Positions 1 to 9,306 of a stretch of DNA of 64,000 nt are shown here, one piece after another. Both the position numbers and the translations under genes were made by a program. The notes below the pieces were generated by a model, which worked only from the letters and a program-made list of their open reading frames with translations, had not been told where the DNA came from and did no database searches. The stretch is from Bdellovibrionales bacterium (GTDB taxonomy: Bacteria; Bdellovibrionota; Bdellovibrionia; Bdellovibrionales; UBA1609), in the NCBI GenBank assembly GCA_965199825.1, contig OZ241329.1, positions 960,001 to 1,024,000 on the forward strand, given 5' to 3'. Position 1 is the stretch's first letter. Every line of letters starts with the position of its first letter.

Positions 1-541
1 CAATTGTGGTTTTACCTGTTTGACGATCACCAATGATCAACTCACGCTGACCTCGGCCAATTGGAATCATCGCATCGATCGCTTTAATTCCTGTCTGCAA
101 TGGCTCATGCACAGATTGACGAGCAATAATTCCAGGAGCTTTTGATTCAACAATACGCATTTCTTTACAATCAATTGGACCGCGCCCATCAATGGGTTGT
201 CCTAGTACATCCACCACTCGACCTAAAAGAGCCTCGCCCACCGGGACTTGAACAATTTGGCCGGTGCGTTTGACCGTATCGCCCTCTTTGATATCGCGAT
301 CTTCACCAAAAATAACAATGCCCACCGAATCTTTTTCGAGATTCAAAACCATCCCAGTGACATTCCCTGGAAAGGTCACAAGCTCACCGGCCATTGCGTT
401 GTCTAAGCCGTAGCATCGAGCAACACCATCGCCGACAGAGAGCACAGATCCTGTCTCGCTCACCTCAACCGTTTTTTTGTAGGATTTGATTTGTTCTTGT
501 AAGATCCGGCTGATTTCATCGGCGCGAATTGTGACTTCCAT
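1..541 (-). CDS. atpA: F1 ATP synthase subunit alpha (5' part, runs off window)
   Basis: Manual translation from ATG at 541: [18 protein letters not shown]...[19 protein letters not shown]...[36 protein letters not shown] (Walker A). Start overlaps the atpH stop (TAATG). Confidence 0.97.
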   Translation of the reverse strand, partial: MEVTIRADEISRILQEQIKSYKKTVEVSETGSVLSVGDGVARCYGLDNAMAGELVTFPGNVTGMVLNLEKDSVGIVIFGEDRDIKEGDTVKRTGQIVQVPVGEALLGRVVDVLGQPIDGRGPIDCKEMRIVESKAPGIIARQSVHEPLQTGIKAIDAMIPIGRGQRELIIGDRQTGKTTI

Positions 542-1080
542 TAAATACTCCTCTTCAGGTTCTCTTGCAGTCTTTGTAGATGGGACTGCAGAGTATCGTC
601 GAATGTAAAACTACCCACATGCGCAATAAGTCCACCGATCACTTCGGGATTTTCGCGGTACGTGAGGATTGCTTGTTTTTGGGTAACTTCAGAAACTTTA
701 TTTTCAATCTTTTTGCGCTCTTCGGGGGCAAGAGCCACTGCCGAGTGCACTTCGCCTCGCACTATTCCGCCGGCCTCATCTGCACGAGCTTCATAAGCTT
801 CGACGAGACTTGGAAAAATTCCGATCCGACCTTTACGCGCCAATAATAAAAGTAGATTTTTTATTTGTTCTGACAGGTCTAACTTTTCGATGGTCTTACC
901 TATGACCGCTTCGCGCTCGTCAGCACTTACCAAGGGAGAAGTCATAAAACTCATCACTTCTTGTTGTGAGGTCAATGCCTCATTCACAACTCGAAGTTCT
1001 TGCGACAACCGCTCCTGTGGCCCTTTGTTAAGATCATAAAGTGCTTTTGCATATCGAACTGCAATTTCGGCGGGCCTCAT
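541..1080 (-). CDS. atpH: ATP synthase delta subunit
   Basis: [11 protein letters not shown]-terminus, [16 protein letters not shown]-terminus; lies between atpF and atpA. Confidence 0.95.
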   Translation of the reverse strand: MRPAEIAVRYAKALYDLNKGPQERLSQELRVVNEALTSQQEVMSFMTSPLVSADEREAVIGKTIEKLDLSEQIKNLLLLLARKGRIGIFPSLVEAYEARADEAGGIVRGEVHSAVALAPEERKKIENKVSEVTQKQAILTYRENPEVIGGLIAHVGSFTFDDTLQSHLQRLQENLKRSI

Positions 1081-1628
1081 GGAACCACCTGAATCTTGCC
1101 TGAAAATTCGTTTTGCAAACGCTGCCGATCTTTTTCTTCAACTTCATTTTTTAATTTTGATGTGGCCGCTTCAACAGCAACATTTAGAAGTTCCCGGCGC
1201 AGTTGTTTTTTTGCTTTGTCGATTTCAAGCTCTGCCGCAAACTGAGCTTCTTGTGTTAACCGCTCGGAAAATAATTTAGCTTCACTCATCAATTTTTGTT
1301 TCAATTGCTCGGCCTCTTGCTGGGCATCGTTCTGCGATTGCTGTGCGCCGTTTTCTAATCTTTTAAGGCGCGCTTCAATTTCATTTTTTTGGGCTTGGGC
1401 CTCAGAACGCGCAGCTTCGGCTCGGCCAACGAGTTCGCGATAAGATGATGCTCGCTGTTTAAAGTAAGCACGAGTTTTATCTTTCAAAAAATAAACCAAA
1501 AGTCCAATCAGAACCAAAAAGTTTCCGGCTTGAACAAGGATCAATTTATATGGAATCCCATGCTCAACAGCTGCATGAGCGGATTCGTTTGCAAAACTGG
1601 ATTGAATCAAGAGATTCAAAAAAATCAT
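1077..1628 (-). CDS. atpF: ATP synthase F0 subunit b
   Basis: TM segment GNFLVLIGLLVYF followed by a charged coiled coil; operon position. Confidence 0.9.
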   Translation of the reverse strand: MIFLNLLIQSSFANESAHAAVEHGIPYKLILVQAGNFLVLIGLLVYFLKDKTRAYFKQRASSYRELVGRAEAARSEAQAQKNEIEARLKRLENGAQQSQNDAQQEAEQLKQKLMSEAKLFSERLTQEAQFAAELEIDKAKKQLRRELLNVAVEAATSKLKNEVEEKDRQRLQNEFSGKIQVVP

Positions 1629-2071
1629 ACGGCCAAATCCTTACCCAACAATTTTGCAACAATCGATTGGCTAATCACTTGGACTTCATTTTTAATCTGC
1701 GGTTGCACGCGTGCCATTTCGACTTTGATTTTTTCGAGAGTGTTGTCATTTTGAATTTTGGCTTTTGAGCGCGCATCATCAACGATTGTTTGATATTCCA
1801 CTTGTGCCGACTTTCGAGCAGTTTCAAAAAATTCTTTTGAAATTAGATTTTGGGCACGGGCTTTTTCTTGGTAACGTTGCTCAAGATTTTTTGCATCGCT
1901 CAACAGTTTTTCAGCAACATCGGTATTGCCCACGGTACGACGGGTTCGCTCGACAAACGCATTGTAATAGGGCGTAAATACCATTCGCGAAAGTACAAAA
2001 TAAACACAAATGAAAATGATAAATTGCAGGCCAACCGTTTCATTAACGCCCAGAGAAGCCAGTAATTCCAT
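1625..2071 (-). CDS. ATP synthase F0 subunit b'
   Basis: LQFIIFICVYFVLSRMVFTPY...ER pattern plus coiled coil; upstream of atpF. Confidence 0.85.
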   Translation of the reverse strand: MELLASLGVNETVGLQFIIFICVYFVLSRMVFTPYYNAFVERTRRTVGNTDVAEKLLSDAKNLEQRYQEKARAQNLISKEFFETARKSAQVEYQTIVDDARSKAKIQNDNTLEKIKVEMARVQPQIKNEVQVISQSIVAKLLGKDLAV

Positions 2072-2140
2072 GAGATCAAATCCTTAAATGTGAGCCGGTG
2101 TTGTGAGCAGTTACCTTGAGATGTCAGAAGTGGTCAAGCT

Positions 2141-2515
2141 TTAGCTCTTTGGCATATAGGAGGCACCTTCGAACACAACACCTTCGTCGATGCGCAAACT
2201 TGGTGTTGTCACGGTCCCTTGAAAAACCGCTGGTGGATGCATCAGCACTCGACGGCGAGCAAAAATATTCCCCTTAACAGTCCCGCTGATAATCACAGTG
2301 TCGGCTTCAATTTGGGCTTCGACAAATGCACCCGGATTTACCACCAATGTGTCGTTGGTAAAAATCTCGCCCCGAAATTGGCCGCCGATGCGGACTGTGC
2401 CTTCAAAAGTCAGCCTCCCATCAAAGGCTGCGCCCATATCTAATAGTGCGGTAACCTGATTCTGCAAGCCGTTGCCCGCACTCTCGATTAAATTTAAACT
2501 TTCGGCTTCTGCCAT
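2141..2515 (-). CDS. Bactofilin (polymer-forming cytoskeletal protein)
   Basis: Beta-helix repeats FDGRLTFEGTVRIGGQFRGEI, IISGTVKGNI, LRIDEGVVFEG. Confidence 0.92.
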   Translation of the reverse strand: MAEAESLNLIESAGNGLQNQVTALLDMGAAFDGRLTFEGTVRIGGQFRGEIFTNDTLVVNPGAFVEAQIEADTVIISGTVKGNIFARRRVLMHPPAVFQGTVTTPSLRIDEGVVFEGASYMPKS

Positions 2516-3432
2516 GATCGCCTCATTCGGTCGGTGATTTCGTTCAACTCGTCATCAGAATAAAAATGCAAAGAGACTCGTCCCTTACCCAAAATGTAAT
2601 CAATGGTGACCTTAGATCCTACAATTTTCTGAAGCTCTTCATTTAAAACTTTAATCGACTGGGCCACAGGTTTGGATTCTTGCTGAGTATCTGGACTTAA
2701 ATGTTTCGCAATTAATTTTTCGGCTGCACGAACCGAAAGTTTTTCGCGAATAATCTTTTGGGCCAGATTTTTTTGAGCCACCACATCGGTCACTCCTAAG
2801 AGGACCTTGGCTTGACCCAGCGAAAGTTCACCCGTGCCGACCCACTCGCGCACATCTGGGCTCAATTGCAAAATACGAAGTGTGTTTGCAATGGTCACTC
2901 GCTCTTTGCCCACTTTTTCGCTCAATTGCTGTTGGGTTAGACTGTATGTTTCCAACAGATGAGAATAAGCGAGAGCTTCCTCCAGCGGATTTAAATCTTG
3001 GCGTTGAATATTTTCGATTAGCGCCAGCTCAAGTGATTTTTGATCGCCAATATTTTGCAAAATAACCGGAACTTCATGAAGACCCGCGATCTGTGCGGCT
3101 CGCCAGCGTCGTTCGCCCGCAATAATTTCGAAATTTTGGGTGCCTTTGCGTCGCGCAACGATGGGCTGAAGTATTCCTTGAGCCTTGATTGATGCGGCCA
3201 ATTCGTTCAGTGTATCGCTCTTAAAAACTTTGCGTGGCTGATTGGGTTGAGGTGACAATTTATCAATCGAGATTTGCCAAATCCGTGCAGTTTCGGGAAT
3301 TTGTGGTGTCGTAATAGAAGGCTTTGTTACAACTGTTGTAGCGTTTGTGCTGGTTGCCGATTGACCTAAGAGGCTACCTAGCCCACGACCGAGCGAATGC
3401 TTGCGAATATGCTTTTCGGGAGCCTCAGACAT
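2494..3432 (-). CDS. parB: Chromosome partitioning protein ParB
   Basis: LGRGLGSLL N-terminal motif, QPRK, IIAGERRWRA (CTPase box), LIENIQRQDLNP, HTH. Start placed at ATG 3432; the ORF-track extension to 3498 runs through the parA tail. Confidence 0.96.
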   Translation of the reverse strand: MSEAPEKHIRKHSLGRGLGSLLGQSATSTNATTVVTKPSITTPQIPETARIWQISIDKLSPQPNQPRKVFKSDTLNELAASIKAQGILQPIVARRKGTQNFEIIAGERRWRAAQIAGLHEVPVILQNIGDQKSLELALIENIQRQDLNPLEEALAYSHLLETYSLTQQQLSEKVGKERVTIANTLRILQLSPDVREWVGTGELSLGQAKVLLGVTDVVAQKNLAQKIIREKLSVRAAEKLIAKHLSPDTQQESKPVAQSIKVLNEELQKIVGSKVTIDYILGKGRVSLHFYSDDELNEITDRMRRSWQKPKV

Positions 3433-4333
3433 GGATATCCCCATTCTCAGGCTGAGCTGGAGTTGGATAGTCACCTGAGTAGTCACTTGGATAGTCATGA
3501 CTATCCACTTGAGTGGTCACGGGAGCTTCATCATGAGTAGTCACACCAAAAAGTTTTTCGTCCAATTCAGATGCGAGCTCACGGTATTTTCGAGCTCCCA
3601 CCGATTTGGGATCATATTGAATAATCGAGAGGCCGTGACTAGGCGCCTCGCTTAAGCGAACATTCCGTGGAACAATCGCTTTAAAAACTTTGTCGCCAAA
3701 ATGCTCTTGAATTTCGGAAACCACCTGATGACTCAAATTATTTCGAGTATCAAACATGGTTAAAACGATGCCTTCAATTAAAAGATCAGGATTTAAACCT
3801 TTGCGGATGAGACCCGCTGTATTTAAAAGCTGACTCAGTCCTTCTAACGCAAAGTACTCGCACTGTAGGGGAACCAAAAAACTATTTGCAGCAGTTAGCG
3901 AGTTCACTGTGAGCAATCCCAACGATGGAGGACAATCGATGAGAACAAAATCATATTGATCGGCAATGGAGTGTAATGCGCCTTTCAGGCGATATTCTCT
4001 TTCGGGCATGTCGACCAAATCAATCTCTGCTCCTACTAAATCTGGATTTGCCGCAATCACGTCAAGATGCTCAACCGCAGAAGGTGAAATCACTTCTTGA
4101 ATGGGTGTTTCGCCAATTAGAACGGGATAAATGTTTTTGTCTTGATGCTCATGACGCTTCATCCCAAGGCCACTTGACGCGTTGCCCTGAGGATCCATAT
4201 CCACAAGCAAAACTCGTCGTCCTCGCTCCGCCAATGCCGATGCCAGATTCACAGTTGTGGTTGTTTTGCCAACCCCACCCTTTTGGTTTGCGATACAAAT
4301 AATTCGGCCCAAGTTGTTGCTCCTGTTGTTCAT
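3425..4333 (-). CDS. parA: Chromosome partitioning ATPase ParA/Soj
   Basis: NQKGGVGKTT deviant Walker A, DMDPQGN, IDCPPSLG, VPRNVRLSEAPSHG. Confidence 0.97.
   Translation of the reverse strand: MNNRSNNLGRIICIANQKGGVGKTTTTVNLASALAERGRRVLLVDMDPQGNASSGLGMKRHEHQDKNIYPVLIGETPIQEVISPSAVEHLDVIAANPDLVGAEIDLVDMPEREYRLKGALHSIADQYDFVLIDCPPSLGLLTVNSLTAANSFLVPLQCEYFALEGLSQLLNTAGLIRKGLNPDLLIEGIVLTMFDTRNNLSHQVVSEIQEHFGDKVFKAIVPRNVRLSEAPSHGLSIIQYDPKSVGARKYRELASELDEKLFGVTTHDEAPVTTQVDSHDYPSDYSGDYPTPAQPENGDIHV
3464..3543. repeat. Cluster of six TGRRTAGTCA boxes in the parA 3' end
   Basis: Boxes start at 3464, 3476, 3488, 3498 (inverted), 3510 (1 mismatch) and 3534. Confidence 0.9.
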
Positions 4334-4354
4334 TTTTATTCCGAAGCTGCCGAT

Positions 4355-4370
4355 TGTTCCACGTGGAACA
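4355..4370. promoter_or_regulatory. parS: parS centromere site 1
   Basis: Perfect palindrome TGTTCCACGTGGAACA matching the bacterial parS consensus, just upstream of parA. Confidence 0.95.
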
Positions 4371-4386
4371 TTGGAAATCTAGACAA

Positions 4387-4890
4387 ATGAAAATCCTTTT
4401 TGCACTGCTCGCCGCTTTTTTAATGAGCGCATGTCAGCGTCGCGAAGCTCAGCCCGAAATGCTCGACAAGATCTATTCCGATCTCAAGGTCACTTTAGCT
4501 GAGGAAGAAAAAGCGGCAGAAGAGGAAAAGAAAAAAATAGAAGAGTCAGAAAAGAAATTTGAACAGTACGAGCCCAACACACTCGAACTCAAACAAGTTC
4601 GAAAAGCAAATTTGGCTGCAAAAGAGTCTTATCAAAAGCATGCTCAGATGGTGGAATTCTATAAAATTAGGGTTGAGAAGCGGCGCCTCGAAGACCGCGT
4701 GACCTATGAACTTGCTTTTCAAAAGAAAGAAGCCTGGCCCGATCCTTCAGAGTACGAAGGTTATCTCCAAAACAAAAAATTGAGGAATGCCGGATTAGAT
4801 TGGAAGGCTCGCGTGCCCTCCATCACAGATAGATACTCAAAAAATCCAGCTCCAGTTAAAAAAACCGAGAAAAAGGCTGAAGCTGAATAG
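4387..4890 (+). CDS. Hypothetical coiled-coil lipoprotein
   Basis: MKILFALLAAFLMSAC lipobox from ATG 4387, then K/E-rich helical body. Confidence 0.75.
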   Translation: MKILFALLAAFLMSACQRREAQPEMLDKIYSDLKVTLAEEEKAAEEEKKKIEESEKKFEQYEPNTLELKQVRKANLAAKESYQKHAQMVEFYKIRVEKRRLEDRVTYELAFQKKEAWPDPSEYEGYLQNKKLRNAGLDWKARVPSITDRYSKNPAPVKKTEKKAEAE

Positions 4891-4952
4891 TCATGACTAT
4901 TCACTGACTACTCAAATTGTTCCACGTGGAACAATTTGGCGTTGAGTAGTCA
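4884..4952. repeat. Cluster of four TGRRTAGTCA boxes around parS2
   Basis: Boxes start at 4884, 4894 (inverted), 4905 (inverted) and 4943. Confidence 0.9.
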
Positions 4953-5550
4953 CAATGGTGCGACGAATTTTTGAGGCTGGCAGCTCATATTCACCCAAAA
5001 CATCGGTTTTCCAATGGCGAAAGAGCTGGGGCGGCAGATCTGCGGCCTCTTTCGACCACGCCTCGCCCTTCATATGATAAAACATCGCATCTGAAGCAAA
5101 AACCTTCCCCCCGAGGAGCAAAGATTTTGTTAGAGATGCAAATCCGCGCGACACCACGGTGTGCACACTCTGACTTGGCAATTGATCTACAGTCAGACAT
5201 TCAACCTTTACATTGGTGAGCTCGAGCTTTCGACTCGCATACATCATATACTCCGCCTTGCGCTGATCTTTATCGACCAAAACAAATTCCGATTGGGGGC
5301 TCAGTATGGCCATCACCAAACCCGGAAACCCATTGCCCGCCCCAAAATCAAAAATCGAATGCGAATTCGAGATTGAATTCTGGATGATGAACCACGCAAG
5401 GATGGAGTCGGCAAAATGAGTCTCGTCGGCAGTCTCGATGGTTTGAGCCGAAACAAGATTGAGGGTCGAATTAAACCTTAAAAGCTGCTCACGGAGTTCG
5501 CCAAATTTTTTGAGTTCAACCGCAGGAAACCATTCTTTAAGACGCCACAT
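4912..5550 (-). CDS. rsmG: 16S rRNA m7G527 methyltransferase GidB
   Basis: NLVS...HFADS, DFGAGNGFPG SAM motif, VVSRGFA, MKG; follows mnmG. Confidence 0.93.
   Translation of the reverse strand: MWRLKEWFPAVELKKFGELREQLLRFNSTLNLVSAQTIETADETHFADSILAWFIIQNSISNSHSIFDFGAGNGFPGLVMAILSPQSEFVLVDKDQRKAEYMMYASRKLELTNVKVECLTVDQLPSQSVHTVVSRGFASLTKSLLLGGKVFASDAMFYHMKGEAWSKEAADLPPQLFRHWKTDVLGEYELPASKIRRTIVTTQRQIVPRGTI
4918..4933. promoter_or_regulatory. parS: parS centromere site 2 (inside rsmG 3' end)
   Basis: TGTTCCACGTGGAACA, extended to a perfect 26-bp palindrome at 4913-4938. Confidence 0.95.
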
Positions 5551-5553
5551 ACC

Positions 5554-7437
5554 CTAAACCCGCGCGAGACTGGTTCGCCGGCGCTGCTCACCAATAAAGT
5601 GAACCATCAAGGACTGAATCGCCGAGGGATTCACACCGCTAATTCGCTGGGCCTGGCCCAAAGTCCGAGGCTGAATGCGTTCGAGCTTTTCGACCTCTTC
5701 GGTCGAAAGGCCACGGACAACCTTATAGGTAAAAGCATCTGGAATCGGCATATTTTCAAGCTGTCGGGCTTGGGCAATCATATCTTTTTGGCGTCTGATA
5801 TAACCCTCATACTTGATTCCAATCTCCACAGGTTCTCCTATCCACATAGGATCCACCACTTCAATTCCAAAATCACCCAGCGCTTCGATCCCCACCTCTT
5901 CCCGACGCAACAGTTCTTCGGCTGTGGTCGGCTTAACGATCCCCACTGTGCCTAAACTTTTAAGTTTGGCATTGGTGGAATCATTTGGAACAAGTTGGGT
6001 AGATTTAAGTTTTTGGACCAAGTTATCTTGCTCACTGAGAATCTGATTCATCACCACAGCTCGAGCTTCAGAGACCAAACACTGATCAATTGAAACTTGT
6101 CCTAAACGGTTCAAAGTATTGTCTTCTCTTAAAACTAAACGATGTTCTGCACGTGAGGTCATCATTCGATAAGGCTCTTTTGTGCCTTTGGTGACGAGGT
6201 CATCAATCATCACCCCAATGTAAGCCTCGTCTCTACGCAAAATAAAAGGATCACGTTCTACAATTTGATTTGCCGCATTGATTCCGGCAATAAGACCTTG
6301 AGCCGCAGCCTCTTCGTAACCACTTGTACCATTAATTTGGCCCGCCAAAAATAAACCGGGCACTGTTTTAGTTTCAAGAGTGGCGTGCAGCTGGGTCGGT
6401 TCCATAAAATCATATTCAACCGCATATCCAGGGCGAAGGATCTCAACATTTTCGAGTCCTTCGATCGTGCGCAAAAACTGATACTGAACTTCTTCGGGTA
6501 AGCTTGTCGAAATTCCCTGAAGATAGATCGACTCATCATTGAGTCCTTCGGGTTCTAAAAACGTTTGATGACGATCTTTATCACTAAATCGGGTGATCTT
6601 ATCCTCAACACTTGGGCAGTAGCGCGGGCCTATACCTTCGATCACACCACAAAAAAGCGGCGACTGATGAAGATTGGCGCGAATGATGTCGTGAGTTTGT
6701 GGATTTGTGTATGTGAGATAACATGCAATCTGTTCCAATTTTGGAGCCCGTTGACTCTCGAAGCTAAAAGGAAAAAATAAATCATCGCCCCATTGCGGCT
6801 GAGTTTTTGAAAAATCAATCGTCGAACGTTTTAATCTTGGAGGTGTTCCGGTTTTTAATCGGGTGACCGAAAATCCCAAATCTTTAAGTTGTTTTGAAAG
6901 TCCGAGAGTGGCTTTATCACCCACCCGACCCCCTGCAATTTGCTTCAAACCAATATGCATCACACCATTCATAAATGTCCCGGTGGTGACAATCACAGTG
7001 CGCGCTCGAATGGCGGTTCCATCCACAGTTCGTGCACCCACGCAGCGATGATCTTCGATCATCAACGAATCAATTTCGGCCTCAATAATTTCTACCGAAT
7101 TTTTTAAGAGCTCACCCATGCCCTCACAATAAAGATTTTTATCGCACTGAGCTCTGGAGCCTCGGACCGCTGGGCCTTTGCGCGAATTGAGGCGCTTAAA
7201 CAGAATACAAGTTTCATCCGCCATCTTGCCCATCGCGCCGCCGAGGATATCAATTTCGCGCACCATATGACCCTTGGCCAATCCACCAATCGAAGGATTG
7301 CAACTCATGTAGCCCACACGTTTTAGGTGGGATGTGGCAACCGCGACTTTGAGTCCCCTCCTTGATCCGACCAAGGCGGCTTCGATACCCGCATGTCCTG
7401 CACCAACAACTAATATATCAAATATTTGATTCATCAT
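5554..7437 (-). CDS. mnmG: tRNA U34 modification enzyme MnmG/GidA
   Basis: [62 protein letters not shown] overlap with the mnmE stop. Confidence 0.98.
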   Translation of the reverse strand: MMNQIFDILVVGAGHAGIEAALVGSRRGLKVAVATSHLKRVGYMSCNPSIGGLAKGHMVREIDILGGAMGKMADETCILFKRLNSRKGPAVRGSRAQCDKNLYCEGMGELLKNSVEIIEAEIDSLMIEDHRCVGARTVDGTAIRARTVIVTTGTFMNGVMHIGLKQIAGGRVGDKATLGLSKQLKDLGFSVTRLKTGTPPRLKRSTIDFSKTQPQWGDDLFFPFSFESQRAPKLEQIACYLTYTNPQTHDIIRANLHQSPLFCGVIEGIGPRYCPSVEDKITRFSDKDRHQTFLEPEGLNDESIYLQGISTSLPEEVQYQFLRTIEGLENVEILRPGYAVEYDFMEPTQLHATLETKTVPGLFLAGQINGTSGYEEAAAQGLIAGINAANQIVERDPFILRRDEAYIGVMIDDLVTKGTKEPYRMMTSRAEHRLVLREDNTLNRLGQVSIDQCLVSEARAVVMNQILSEQDNLVQKLKSTQLVPNDSTNAKLKSLGTVGIVKPTTAEELLRREEVGIEALGDFGIEVVDPMWIGEPVEIGIKYEGYIRRQKDMIAQARQLENMPIPDAFTYKVVRGLSTEEVEKLERIQPRTLGQAQRISGVNPSAIQSLMVHFIGEQRRRTSLARV

Positions 7438-8744
7438 TTTCCTAAACAAAATTCTTTAAAGACACGATCCATAATTTGATCATCAAATTTCTTTCCCAAA
7501 ATTTCGTAAATTGCCAAAAGCGCATCCTGCATTTCAAAGGCGACAAGGTCGGGGCTCTTATGAATCTGTGTTTGCGCCCGCACCAAACTCTCTTTTGCCC
7601 GAGTCAAACATTCCAAATGGCGAGACTGAATCGACACACCCGAAAATTCGCCCACTTTTGTATGAGCCAAATTAAGGAGCTGTTCCAAAATCAGGCTGAT
7701 TCCATCACCTGTTTTTGCGCTGACGTTAAGTCCATCCGAAAATTTCTCGGGTGAACAATCCGACTTGTTGTACACCCGAATTCGAGCCTGAGCCTCTTCA
7801 ATTTCTAAGAGGTCGGGTTGGGTCGCATCAATCACTTCGATCACACAATCCACTTCTCTCAGTTTTTTACGTGTGCGCTCAATGCCTTTGACCTCAACCG
7901 GGTCCACCGATTCACGAAGCCCTGCGGTATCCACAATATTAAAGAGCTGGCCTTTAAAGTAAACACGGCCCTCGACCAAATCTCGAGTGGTCCCTGCATA
8001 TTCACTCACGATAGCCCGGTCTTCTTTGAGTAACGCGTTCAACAGCGAAGACTTGCCCACATTTGGCGGGCCAATCAGTGCCACTTGAAATCCTTCGTTT
8101 AAAATCTGGCCGGTCTTATAGGTTTGGAGAAGTTGATCGATGGCGGATTGAGACCGACTCATTCTTGTTTGTATTGATTCGAGAGTTGCAAACTCAAGTC
8201 CCTCTGCCGAAAAATCAATATTGGCCTCGAGTTGTGCAAGCACCCAGCTCACATCATCTTCAATTTTCAAAATTGATTGCGAAAGCTCCCCTTTAAGCTG
8301 TCTTAATGCCCGCTTTGCACCTTCGTCAGATTGGCTATGAATAAGACCGAGAATTCCTTCGGCCTGCACCAAATCCATACGCCCATTTAAAAAAGCACGC
8401 ATGGTAAACTCACCTGGTTTAGCAAGCTCTGCCCCATTTAAAATTAATTGATCAACAATTCTGCGGGGAACGATCGCACCGCCGTGACTTGAAATTTCGA
8501 CGGTCTCTTCGCCAGTAAACGATTTGTCTTGTGCAAAATAGGTCACCACAACTTGGTCGATTGCCGAGTGAGTGGCGGGATCTTTAAATAATCCAAAAGC
8601 CACGGTGTGGCTTTTCATGTCTGATTTTAAAAATGTGCAGCTTTGTTTTGCGATCTCAAAGGCCTGGGGGCCTGAGAGTCGGGTGACCGAGATCCCGCCT
8701 ATTCCCGTCCCACTACAAATGGCACAAATCGTACGCGGGACCAT
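7434..8744 (-). CDS. mnmE: tRNA modification GTPase MnmE/TrmE
   Basis: [41 protein letters not shown]-terminus. Confidence 0.97.
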   Translation of the reverse strand: MVPRTICAICSGTGIGGISVTRLSGPQAFEIAKQSCTFLKSDMKSHTVAFGLFKDPATHSAIDQVVVTYFAQDKSFTGEETVEISSHGGAIVPRRIVDQLILNGAELAKPGEFTMRAFLNGRMDLVQAEGILGLIHSQSDEGAKRALRQLKGELSQSILKIEDDVSWVLAQLEANIDFSAEGLEFATLESIQTRMSRSQSAIDQLLQTYKTGQILNEGFQVALIGPPNVGKSSLLNALLKEDRAIVSEYAGTTRDLVEGRVYFKGQLFNIVDTAGLRESVDPVEVKGIERTRKKLREVDCVIEVIDATQPDLLEIEEAQARIRVYNKSDCSPEKFSDGLNVSAKTGDGISLILEQLLNLAHTKVGEFSGVSIQSRHLECLTRAKESLVRAQTQIHKSPDLVAFEMQDALLAIYEILGKKFDDQIMDRVFKEFCLGK

Positions 8745-8749
8745 AAAAT

Positions 8750-9298
8750 TTAATGAGCTTCGGAAGTTTCGGTCTCGTTGGTAGGACCAGAACTTTTGAC
8801 AGGATAAATTTTAATTTTTTTGTAATGCCCATCACCAATCGATCGGCTTTTTACACGTTCATCTTCGGCCAAGTACTGATGAATCACCTTACGATCTTTG
8901 GGTGGAAGAGCTCTAAAGTAAACTGATTTACCTTTAGCCAAAGCCATCTCGCGCAATTTGTCGGCGAGATCGATAAGAGCAGAGTTGGTCTCCTCACGAA
9001 ATCCACCAACATCAAGTGTGATTTCAATTTTCTCGTCAGACATTTGATGTTGCACCACTCGCTTAACAAAAAGTTGAAGTGAATCTAGCAACTGACCTTC
9101 GCGGGCGCGAAGTAAACCTTCGTCCGCACCTGAGAACTCCACCTTGAGATCATTCGCATCGTGAGAGATTGCATACTGCAAATCAAACTGGCCATACTCA
9201 ATAATCGAAGTTAAAAGACCGTCGACCAAGCCTTCGGGCGTATCTGCTTTGACTTCCTTTTTCTTTGATCCAAATAATCGACTTAAAAATCCCGCCAT
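8750..9298 (-). CDS. jag: Jag/KhpB-family RNA-binding protein (KH + R3H)
   Basis: GQLLDSLQ KH segment and DRKVIHQYL R3H motif; between yidC and mnmE. Confidence 0.88.
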   Translation of the reverse strand: MAGFLSRLFGSKKKEVKADTPEGLVDGLLTSIIEYGQFDLQYAISHDANDLKVEFSGADEGLLRAREGQLLDSLQLFVKRVVQHQMSDEKIEITLDVGGFREETNSALIDLADKLREMALAKGKSVYFRALPPKDRKVIHQYLAEDERVKSRSIGDGHYKKIKIYPVKSSGPTNETETSEAH

Positions 9299-9306
9299 TG
9301 TATCTC

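Noticed and set aside
3464..3543. TGRRTAGTCA boxes as DnaA boxes or parS variants
   Set aside because: They do not fit TTATNCACA or TGTTNCACGTGAAACA
4354..4386. Lipoprotein N-terminal extension MFHVEH
   Set aside because: This is just parS translated; the signal peptide begins at ATG 4387
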